NCBI GenBank assembly: GCA_001766815.1
Contig: LYOS01000005.1
Span: 68,687 to 100,686, forward strand
Length of the DNA stretch: 32,000 bases
DNA from: Candidatus Syntropharchaeum caldarium
GTDB taxonomy: Archaea; Halobacteriota; Syntropharchaeia; Syntropharchaeales; Syntropharchaeaceae
Direction: 5' to 3'
How positions within the stretch are numbered: the first letter of the stretch is position 1; the number at the start of each line of letters is the position of its first letter. The notes under the pieces are model-generated. The model saw only the letters and a list, made by a program, of their open reading frames with translations. It was not told the DNA's origin and ran no database searches. The position numbers and the translations under genes are program-made. Below are positions 9,012 through 15,914 of this stretch, one piece after another.

Positions 9012-9269
9012 GTGAATACTTACACGATCAAGATAAAAGAAGCTGCTGAAAAGCGACTTAAAAGATATGACAAAGAGATTCAGAGGCGTTTTGCATCTAA
9101 AATCAGAAAGTTGAGTGAGAACCCTGAAGTGCATGGAAAACCCCTCAGAAAACCTCTCCATGGATACTGGGAACTGCGATTTGAACGAAGATTCAGAATC
9201 ATTTACACGATAAATCATGCTGAGAAAACAGTTACAATAGAGGCGATAAAACACAAGGATGAGTTTTAG
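9012..9269 (+). CDS. RelE/ParE-family toxin
   Basis: The layout is typical of the RelE/StbE family: ...IRKLSENPEVHGKPLRKPLHGYWELRFERRFRIIYTINHAEKTVTIEAIKHKDEF. It has a GTG start only and no cognate antitoxin upstream on the same strand. Confidence 0.7.
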   Translation: MNTYTIKIKEAAEKRLKRYDKEIQRRFASKIRKLSENPEVHGKPLRKPLHGYWELRFERRFRIIYTINHAEKTVTIEAIKHKDEF

Positions 9270-9463
9270 ATACCAAGCTCCCTTGCAACGGCTTCAAAAT
9301 CTCGTATTTTTGCTTCCCTTCTCTTTCCCTCACTGATCTGCTCCATGAGATCTTCATCGGATAACGTCTCGATCGTTCTCAACATCGATTCATACTCGTC
9401 CAGAGAGATCGTTATCCATTCGGTCTGATGAGTTTTATTATTCGTGTTGGAAGTTTCCATCAT
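9266..9463 (-). CDS. RelB/Phd-like antitoxin
   Basis: ITISLDEYESMLRTIETLSDEDLMEQISEGKRREAKIRDFEAVARELGI matches the archaeal RelB-type antitoxin pattern. Its stop codon overlaps the RelE stop on the other strand (TTAG). Confidence 0.6.
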   Translation of the reverse strand: MMETSNTNNKTHQTEWITISLDEYESMLRTIETLSDEDLMEQISEGKRREAKIRDFEAVARELGI

Positions 9464-9596
9464 ATCTAATAGTAGTGGGTTTGTATATTTAAGGATGATG
9501 TTGTTGTATAAAGTTTTTGGAGGAGAATAGCACCATGAATCCAGTATTATTCACCCACATCTTTACTGTTGGGCATACAGTGTGTGTCTAAAACGG

Positions 9597-9632
9597 ATTG
9601 AGAGGATAAAAGGGCGTGGGGGGTAGGGATGA
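9597..9632 (+). repeat. RM-tail repeat copy F (only the last ~12 codons, degenerate)
   Basis: ATTGAGAGGATAAAAGGGCGTGGGGGGTAGGGATGA parallels ATTGAGAAGATAAAGGCGCATGAGTGGGTGAGGATGGTGGAGGGGTGA of copy E. The same conserved leader follows both. Confidence 0.5.
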
Positions 9633-9660
9633 TTATATTTAGATAAAAAGCAAAGATAAA
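9633..9660 (+). promoter_or_regulatory. Conserved TATA-containing leader following tail copy F
   Basis: TTATATTTAGATAAAAAGCAAAGATAAA differs from 8649-8676 at two positions by eye. It precedes the SD GTGAGGTGA and the GTG start at 9674. Confidence 0.4.
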
Positions 9661-9673
9661 GTGAGGTGAATAA

Positions 9674-9898
9674 GTGACCCTGAAAGTCCTGGTTGATATC
9701 GTGAATGACATAACAAAATTCATTGAGAGGCTTGAGAGGAGGAAAGAGGAGCTTGAGGAGTTAAGAGATGAGCTTCTGGTCTACAGTGATGAAGAGTTTA
9801 TTGAGAGTATAGAAAAGGGATTAAAAGACTTTGAGGAGGGTAAGTTCAAGAGATGTGAGAATCTGGATGAGATAAAAGCTGTTTTTGAAGATCTATGA
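9674..9898 (+). CDS. RelB-like antitoxin
   Basis: 74 aa with a coiled-coil N-terminus and a C-terminal DEEFIESIEKGLKDFEEGKFKRCENLDEIKAVF, typical of archaeal RelB. It overlaps the downstream toxin start by 4 nt. Confidence 0.6.
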   Translation: MTLKVLVDIVNDITKFIERLERRKEELEELRDELLVYSDEEFIESIEKGLKDFEEGKFKRCENLDEIKAVFEDL

Positions 9899-10155
9899 TC
9901 TATAAGGCAGATTTCTCTGATGAGTTTCTTAAAATAGCAAAGAAACTTAAGAAAAAAGATTATACAACTTTTGTAAGGTTACAATCAAAGATTGAGGAAA
10001 TTCTGAGCAATCCAGAGCATTATAAACCCTTGAAAGGTGGGATGAAGGGACTGAGAAGGACACATCCTGGATCTTTCGTGATAATATTCAAAATTGAGAA
10101 GGATTATGTCAGGTTCGTCACATTCAAGCACCATGATGAAGCATATCGTGAATAG
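9895..10155 (+). CDS. RelE/ParE-family toxin
   Basis: 86 aa with ...ILSNPEHYKPLKGGMKGLRRTHPGSFVIIFKIEKDYVRFVTFKHHDEAY, matching the RelE family layout. Coupled to the upstream antitoxin. Confidence 0.7.
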   Translation: MIYKADFSDEFLKIAKKLKKKDYTTFVRLQSKIEEILSNPEHYKPLKGGMKGLRRTHPGSFVIIFKIEKDYVRFVTFKHHDEAYRE

Positions 10156-10184
10156 TAGCGTAGCATATCAAGGTTTGAATAACG

Positions 10185-10592
10185 ATGAATAGATCACCAT
10201 TCATGCAGAAACTGTATGAAATCCTTGCAGACCGCCCCCTCTTCCTCAACGCTACGGAGGAACGCAGAAACAAGCTCAAAGATGTAATAGAATTTTTCGA
10301 CCGCCAGATTGCAGATAACCTCGTTTACGAACTCTACTTCAAAGAAAAATTCGCAGAGGTGGTCTCAAAACATTTAAAAGCCGTAAATTATGATAGGTGG
10401 AGTGAGCTTTACTGGAAGCGGGAGCTTGAAGGAGATCTAAAACCAGAAGAAGAGAAAGAATTAAAAGATTTAGAGAATGAGAACTTAAAAACAATAATTG
10501 AAGTTGTCAAGGCAATCAAATCAGATAGGGAGATCATGGAGTTGATCGAGAAGATAAAAGGGCATGAGTGGGTGAGGTTGGTGGAGGGATGA
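10185..10592 (+). pseudogene. Type IIG-like restriction-modification enzyme, C-terminal remnant (tail copy A, longest and intact to its stop)
   Basis: ...FFDRQIADNLVYELYFKEKFAE...IEKIKGHEWVRLVEG* resembles the conserved C-terminal end of Eco57I/TaqI-like type IIG enzymes (canonical ...LVYELYGLTEEEIKIVEG). Only 135 codons are present and there are no methylase or nuclease domains. Confidence 0.65.
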
Positions 10593-11470
10593 AAGAGAAT
10601 TACCTTGATTTTGGTGGCCTAAAGGATGATAAGAAGCTTGACTGGTTTATCTTTTATTTCATAATACCTCTGTTCTTGATCATCGTTTACATCATGGTCT
10701 ATCTTCATCCAGAGCTTGAGAGAGTTCTCATCCTCCAGACGTCCAATCCCACCTGGATCAGCATATACCTTTCCAACTTTGTCCATACAGATTTATGGCA
10801 TCACTTAGGAGGGAATTTACTTAATTATTTCATTCTAATTTACTTGATACTCTTCTTCAGGACCGATAAAAAGAAATTCTACATCAATATGGCTCTATTT
10901 TTTACTGTACTACCAGTACTCTGTTCTTTATCAACAATTTATCTTGCATCAGCGCCCCCACCATCTTTTGGGGTTTTATGGCAATTTTTGGGTTTTTCTG
11001 GCATTGTTTCTGGTTTGGCTGGTTATCTCCTATACTCTGTTTACCGGTATATCAGAGAAAAATGGGAGATTTTAAATATCCATTTCATTTTTTCAATTCT
11101 CGCATTTAATCTATTGATCATCACTTTTACATATAAATGGTTCTGGATGTCTGTTTTTATCTTTTTATTCTGCTTGGTAGCTTTATATCTGGCTAAAAAT
11201 GGTCTAACGATGACAATCTCTAAAATTATCGACAAGTGGAATAAGATAAAACAAAAGAATGCAAAAGTTAAGATTTACAAGCTTATGATCTTTCTTTTTA
11301 CGGTTTATTTTCTTTTTGGATCAACTGTGGGGTTATTTCCTGTAAATGCAAAGGGAATAAACATTCTTGCCCACTATGCTGGTTATTGCTTCGGAGCGCT
11401 TGTTCCATTGATATTTGTGGATGGTGGCATGTTAGTGCTGAAAAAGCTGTTGGATTCGGATAAAAGGTAG
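10589..11470 (+). CDS. Rhomboid-family intramembrane serine protease (candidate)
   Basis: Polytopic membrane protein with WHHLGGNLLNY (H-x3-N), GFSGIVSGLAGY (GxSG catalytic Ser) and AHYAGYCFGAL (catalytic His) in successive hydrophobic segments. ATG 10589 lies within the last codons of tail copy A, whose GGTGGAGGG serves as the SD. Confidence 0.6.
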   Translation: MKENYLDFGGLKDDKKLDWFIFYFIIPLFLIIVYIMVYLHPELERVLILQTSNPTWISIYLSNFVHTDLWHHLGGNLLNYFILIYLILFFRTDKKKFYINMALFFTVLPVLCSLSTIYLASAPPPSFGVLWQFLGFSGIVSGLAGYLLYSVYRYIREKWEILNIHFIFSILAFNLLIITFTYKWFWMSVFIFLFCLVALYLAKNGLTMTISKIIDKWNKIKQKNAKVKIYKLMIFLFTVYFLFGSTVGLFPVNAKGINILAHYAGYCFGALVPLIFVDGGMLVLKKLLDSDKR

Positions 11471-11550
11471 AACCATAAATTTTAGGATTCTGTAATAAGT
11501 TTACCAAAAAGATAAAACCCACCCATGAATAATGGTAGTAGAGGGTAAAA

Positions 11551-11877
11551 ATGAGAACAACCACTGAGATTAAGGAGCTTGTACTGAAGATAAAGAAATT
11601 CCTTCTGGACCTTTATGGGACAGGGATAAAGCAGGTCATACTCTATGGCTCCTATGCGAGGGGGGATGCGGACGAGGATTCAGATATCGATCTCTTAGTT
11701 GTAGTCGGAGAGGAGATTAGCCCTTCGGAAGTAGAGGAGAGCCTCAACGATCTTTTGTTTGAGATCCTCATTGAGAGGGGGGAGCTGGTATCAGTTATGG
11801 CGATTCCAGAAGGCACTTTCAGGTCTTATAATTCTCCTCTTTTCCTGAATGTGAGGAGGGAGGGGGTATCGGTATGA
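11551..11877 (+). CDS. Minimal nucleotidyltransferase (MNT) antitoxin
   Basis: GSYARGDADEDSDIDLLVV is the pol-beta NTase GS...DxD motif. 4-nt overlap with the downstream HEPN gene. Confidence 0.8.
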   Translation: MRTTTEIKELVLKIKKFLLDLYGTGIKQVILYGSYARGDADEDSDIDLLVVVGEEISPSEVEESLNDLLFEILIERGELVSVMAIPEGTFRSYNSPLFLNVRREGVSV

Positions 11878-12257
11878 AAGAGATAGAAGATCTGATAAAG
11901 AAAGCACAGAGGTTTTTGAGAACTGCTGAAATTACCCTGGATGATTGTGATTACGACTCATGCGTCTCAAGATGTTATTATACGATGTTTTTCATGGCTG
12001 AAGCGATGCTTTTGAGCAAAGGTATCAGTGCATCCTCTCACAAAGGTGTAATAAGTTTATTTGGAGAGCATTTTATCAAGACAAACATATTAAAGGAGGA
12101 GCTGGGTAAGGCATTGAGAAGAGCATACGATTTAAGACAGAAAGGGGATTACGCCACGGGTTTTACCGTCAGTGATAGGGAAGCTAAGAAGAGCCTGGAG
12201 ACAGCTAAAAGATTTGTAGCAGAAGCAGAAAAGTATCTTAAGAGCCAAACGGAGTAA
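11874..12257 (+). CDS. HEPN-domain toxin
   Basis: 127-aa helical protein coupled to an MNT. HEPN-type layout (...SCVSRCYYTMFFMAEAMLL...SHKGVISLF...AYDLRQKGDY). Confidence 0.75.
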   Translation: MKEIEDLIKKAQRFLRTAEITLDDCDYDSCVSRCYYTMFFMAEAMLLSKGISASSHKGVISLFGEHFIKTNILKEELGKALRRAYDLRQKGDYATGFTVSDREAKKSLETAKRFVAEAEKYLKSQTE

Positions 12258-12512
12258 ATGATCTACGAACTCTACTTCAAAGAAAAATTCGCAGAGGCGG
12301 TCTCAAATCACCTTAAGCCGGTAGATTATGATCGCTGGAGTGAGCTTTACTGGAAGCGGGAGCTTGAATGGAATTTAAAACCAGAAGAAGAGAAAGAATT
12401 AGAAGATTTAGAGAATGAGAACTTAAAAACAATAATTGAAGTTGTCAAGGCAATCAAAACAGATAGGGAGATCATGGAGTTGATTGAGAGGATTAAAGGG
12501 CATGTGGGTTAA
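12258..12512 (+). repeat. RM-tail repeat copy B
   Basis: Starts at ATG ATC TAC GAA CTC TAC (IYELY) immediately after the HEPN stop. Roughly nine in ten positions match copy A by eye. A 2-bp loss near the end (GGGCATGTGGGTTAA versus GGGCATGAGTGGGTGAGG) truncates it to ...IKGHVG*. Confidence 0.85.
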
Positions 12513-12531
12513 GGTAAGAGGAGAGTGAAAT

Positions 12532-12876
12532 ATGGTATTGGTAAAAGTGGAGAGGGTAGATGAGAATTTGATTGAGGAGATTGTTAAGAGGATACTCAGC
12601 GTGGTTAATCCTGTGAAGATTATTCTTTTCGGATCTTATGTCTACGGTAAGCCTCGAAAAGACAGTGATTTGGACATACTTGTGATTGTTGATGAAGATA
12701 AGAAACCTAGATACAAAAGAGTGGTTCCTGTGAATCTTGCTCTATCAGATATAATCTATCCGATTGATGTGTTTATATACACCAAGAAAGAGGTGGAGGA
12801 GTGGACAGGTGTACCACAGTCTTTTATCACTACCATTATAAAGAAGGGAAAAGTGATCTATGAAAAAGAAGCTTGA
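12532..12876 (+). CDS. Minimal nucleotidyltransferase (MNT) antitoxin
   Basis: GSYVYGKPRKDSDLDILVIV NTase motif. Overlaps the downstream HEPN gene by 17 nt. Confidence 0.8.
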   Translation: MVLVKVERVDENLIEEIVKRILSVVNPVKIILFGSYVYGKPRKDSDLDILVIVDEDKKPRYKRVVPVNLALSDIIYPIDVFIYTKKEVEEWTGVPQSFITTIIKKGKVIYEKEA

Positions 12877-13270
12877 CTGGATAAAAGAATGGATTAATAA
12901 AGCTGACAAGGACCTCAAGGTAGCTGAAAGGTTCTTAAATGATGAAAATATGGCAGATGTGGTGTGTTTCCATGCACAGCAGGCATCTGAAAAATGCCTG
13001 AAGGCGTATCTAAACTGGCTTGAAATAGAATACCCCAAAACTCACCTTCTTGAAAAACTTATAGAGCTCGCATCCTTAACAGACAAAGATATTTCGAAAT
13101 TGAAAGAAGATGCTGCGAAACTTTCCCCTTTTGCAGTGGAAACAAGATATCCAGAATTTGAGCTTCCATTATCAGAAGATGCTCTGGAGGCCTTAGAAAT
13201 ATCATATAAAATAAGAAACTATGTCCTTTCTAAATTGCCAAGGACAAAAAAGGAAAAAAATGATGTATGA
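12860..13270 (+). CDS. HEPN-domain toxin
   Basis: FHAQQASEKCLKAYL and ETRYP motifs typical of HEPN partners of MNT. Its stop codon overlaps the first codons of tail copy C. Confidence 0.8.
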   Translation: MKKKLDWIKEWINKADKDLKVAERFLNDENMADVVCFHAQQASEKCLKAYLNWLEIEYPKTHLLEKLIELASLTDKDISKLKEDAAKLSPFAVETRYPEFELPLSEDALEALEISYKIRNYVLSKLPRTKKEKNDV

Positions 13271-13536
13271 ACTCTACTTCAAAGAAAAATTCGCAGAGGC
13301 GGTCTCAAATCACCTTAAGCCGGTAGATTACGATCGCTGGAGTAAGCTTTACTGGAAGGGGTAGCTTGAAGGAGATCTAAAACCAGAAGAAGAGAAAGAT
13401 TTAGAAGATTTAGAGAATGAGAACTTAAAAACAATAATTGAAGTTGTCAAGGCAATCAAAGCAGATAGGGAGATCATGGGGTTGATCGAGAAGATAAAAG
13501 GGCATGAGTGGGTGAGAGTGATTGAAAGAGGTTAAA
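13266..13536 (+). repeat. RM-tail repeat copy C (in-frame stop)
   Basis: Starts TAT GAA CTC TAC (YELY). TGGAAGGGGTAGCTTGAA replaces TGGAAGCGGGAGCTTGAA, giving an internal TAG. It ends ...IKGHEWVRVIERG*. Confidence 0.85.
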
Positions 13537-15084
13537 AGCATTTATAAAATTATTGAAAATCTGTTATATCTGTCTTCTTTAGCACAATTCAATACCGAGA
13601 GGAAACAACTGATTCTTAAGTTCTATGATTTCTCTATGAGGAATAAGATTTTATTTGAAAAATGTATAGGTATGAGAGACCTAGAGGATTTCTGTTTGTC
13701 GTATAGGGAAAAAGACCTAATAGAAGAGTGGTTGTTGACATTGCCTCTAGATGTTCATGTAAGTTGGAATCTTGAATACACCACAGAAAGATATGCTCAC
13801 CTTGACAACCTATTTTTAAAAGAATATGGTTTTCACATTGGTTCATTAACCGTAATGGAGATGGTCCTAATGGGTATTATCTATTCAAAAGTAGATTTAG
13901 AAGGGATTCTCAACGAAGTTTATAAGTTCAAAAATAAGGAAGAATATGGAAATTTATGTTTTTTAGCTGAACCAAATAGAATATTTCCTAAAAAATGGTC
14001 ATCCTGCATAATACTTTCAGAAAACGAAATTCTTGAGAGCTACATACAGCATCAAACTAATTTTGATAGATTTTTCAAAGTTATCTCTTCGATAAATTGG
14101 AGAGTTGATTCAGAAGAGGAACTTATACAACTCAGGCTAAAAGAAGCAATAAGTATTTTAAAATGGCTCAGCACGGATTTACAATCTTTGGAGTTGAAAT
14201 ACAATCAGAAATTCTATTTCTTTCTCAAACCACTTTTAAAAGTGCAGGATGAAGACTCCAAGGTTTATTACATCGTACCTTTTCCGTTTATTCTTGGATC
14301 AACCACGAATATCAGAATAGAAAATTCTATTCAATTATCTGAGAAACTTAAAAAAGCTGATGAAAAAAAGAAGGGAAAAATAGTAGAGATTTTGGTAAAT
14401 AAAATCTTTCCACAATTTTTTAACAAAAATATCATTAAAAATTTCAGATACAAGATAGATGAAAAAACTTATGAAAGCGATATAATTCTACTCTTAGATA
14501 AGTCATTGTGGGTAGTAGAAGTTAAATCTCACCCAGTATTTAGGAAGATTCCTGGTAATGTGGATAAAGTCGTTCCTGCTTTTGTCAGCAAAGTCAAGGA
14601 AGGATTGAATCAAGGAAAAAGAACATTAGACTTCTTGTCAAAAAATAAAGACTTACTTTTTCACCTCACAGACAAAAATTTCGAAAATCTCGTTAAAGGA
14701 GTAATAGTTGTGTTAGATGGGTTTATCCCCACACTGCTAACTCTAAACAGAGAATGTGATAGCATTGCTGGAACTGACAAAATTTATCAGAAAATCCCAA
14801 ATTCAGTAAGAGTTTATGTAGTAACTCTTCTGGATTTATACATTTTATCTATGCAGTCAGAGAAAGATAGTTTTGAAGATTTTCTATTGTGGAGAACTGA
14901 TTATTTAAGCAATTTTCCTATAATTTCTTATGATGAAGAAGAATATTGGTCATTTTATAACGACCACTATACAAAGCATGAAGAAATCAAAAATAAGTTT
15001 CCAAAATTGGTAGAAAATGGTATAAAAATAATATATCTCAGTGCGAGGTTTAACAAAAAAGATTACTTAGAGAAAATAGTGTAA
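13522..15084 (+). CDS. Large uncharacterised protein with a C-terminal-half PD-(D/E)xK / NERD-like nuclease motif
   Basis: ...GKIVEILVNKIF...YESDIILLLDKSLWVVEVKSHP gives an E...D...ExK arrangement like NERD or restriction-endonuclease-fold proteins. It is very A/T-rich and K/N/I/F/Y-rich. The start is uncertain (TTG 13522 or ATG 13636). Confidence 0.5.
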   Translation: MKEVKSIYKIIENLLYLSSLAQFNTERKQLILKFYDFSMRNKILFEKCIGMRDLEDFCLSYREKDLIEEWLLTLPLDVHVSWNLEYTTERYAHLDNLFLKEYGFHIGSLTVMEMVLMGIIYSKVDLEGILNEVYKFKNKEEYGNLCFLAEPNRIFPKKWSSCIILSENEILESYIQHQTNFDRFFKVISSINWRVDSEEELIQLRLKEAISILKWLSTDLQSLELKYNQKFYFFLKPLLKVQDEDSKVYYIVPFPFILGSTTNIRIENSIQLSEKLKKADEKKKGKIVEILVNKIFPQFFNKNIIKNFRYKIDEKTYESDIILLLDKSLWVVEVKSHPVFRKIPGNVDKVVPAFVSKVKEGLNQGKRTLDFLSKNKDLLFHLTDKNFENLVKGVIVVLDGFIPTLLTLNRECDSIAGTDKIYQKIPNSVRVYVVTLLDLYILSMQSEKDSFEDFLLWRTDYLSNFPIISYDEEEYWSFYNDHYTKHEEIKNKFPKLVENGIKIIYLSARFNKKDYLEKIV

Positions 15085-15125
15085 GCCATCAGAAAAGATA
15101 ATAAATATCTGGAAGCAACAGGTAC

Positions 15126-15314
15126 AACCGCTGGAGTAAGCTTTACTGGAAGCGGGAGCTTGAAGGGGATTTGACTCCTGATAGGGAAAGAGAGCTTGAG
15201 AAACTGGAAAGGGAGAATATGAAGACGATTGAGGAGGTTTATGAAGCAATCAAAGCAGATGGGGAAATCATGGAGTTGATCGAAAGGATTAAAGGGCATG
15301 AGTGGGTTAGATAA
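15126..15314 (+). repeat. RM-tail repeat copy D (5'-truncated, diverged)
   Basis: Encodes ...RWSKLYWKRELEGDLTPDRERELEKLERENMKTIEEVYEAIKADGEIMELIERIKGHEWVR*, colinear with copies A-C but lacking the YELYFKEKFAE start. Confidence 0.8.
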
Positions 15315-15425
15315 TTGTTATAGGTTGTTTGACATGACTCTTCTCACTGCTGGTAAGCACGCCATCTCTGATAGAAAATATATAAATCTCATAACTGGGT
15401 TAAGATAATAGAGAGGGCTTAAGAA

Positions 15426-15713
15426 ATGTATGATCAGATTAGGGAAATGAAAAGGGAGATTATTGATGTTTTGAGAAAGCATAATGTCAAACGGGCATCG
15501 CTTTTTGGCTCGTTTGCAAGAGGGGAGGCGGGTCCAGGGAGTGATATTGACATTCTTGTGGAGTTTGAAGGGAGAAAAAGCCTGCTGGATCTTGCAGGCT
15601 TGAAAATAGAACTTGAAGAGTTATTGAAAAGGAAGGTTGATGTCCTGACATACAATTCTCTGCATCCTCTTCTAAAGGATAGAATCCTCAGTGAACAGGA
15701 AGTAATACTATAA
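15426..15713 (+). CDS. Minimal nucleotidyltransferase (MntA-type antitoxin)
   Basis: GSFARGEAGPGSDIDILVEF NTase motif. 95 aa, typical of the MntA partner of HepT/DUF86. Confidence 0.8.
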   Translation: MYDQIREMKREIIDVLRKHNVKRASLFGSFARGEAGPGSDIDILVEFEGRKSLLDLAGLKIELEELLKRKVDVLTYNSLHPLLKDRILSEQEVIL

Positions 15714-15910
15714 AAAAAGACCCTGAAATACTTCTTGAACACATTTTAGAGAGTATTAGGCTTATTGAAAGCTATGTGGAAGATAAAACAATCGAAGACT
15801 TCCTTAATTCAATTCAACTACAAGATTCGGTCACTCGCAGAATAGAAATAATTGGCGAGGCTGTTAAGAATTTACCTGAAAGTGTTAAAATGCTACTACT
15901 TGACCAATAG
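15710..15910 (+). pseudogene. HepT (DUF86 HEPN) toxin remnant: start codon lost, 3' half missing
   Basis: Encodes (I)KKDPEILLEHILESIRLIESYVEDKTIEDFLNSIQLQDSVTRRIEIIGEAVKNLPESVK, then diverges and stops. ATA sits where the coupled ATG is expected. The Rx4-6H catalytic region is absent. Confidence 0.65.
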
Positions 15911-15914
15911 CTAC

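Larger units (their letters stand above)
4283..15910. other. Accessory / defence island between the cdh operon and the archaellum sub-cluster
   Basis: The sharp left edge is the cdhE terminator and the right edge cuts through a truncated hepT 4 nt from the next gene. Content is TA modules, defence-type genes, gene relics and repeats. It is visibly more A/T-rich, with K/N/I/E-rich proteins, than the flanking core genes. Confidence 0.65.

Noticed and set aside
8946-9254. 102-aa minus-strand ORF that could have been the toxin partner of the minus-strand RelB
   Set aside because: Its translation is Cys/Phe/Ser-rich with no RelE-like features. It is exactly antisense to a good RelE frame.
8480-15314. 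Spaced direct repeats that could suggest a CRISPR array
   Set aside because: The repeats are 170-410 bp long and are recognisable decayed coding sequence. They are separated by 1-2 kb of genes, not by 25-50-bp spacers, and no cas genes are present.
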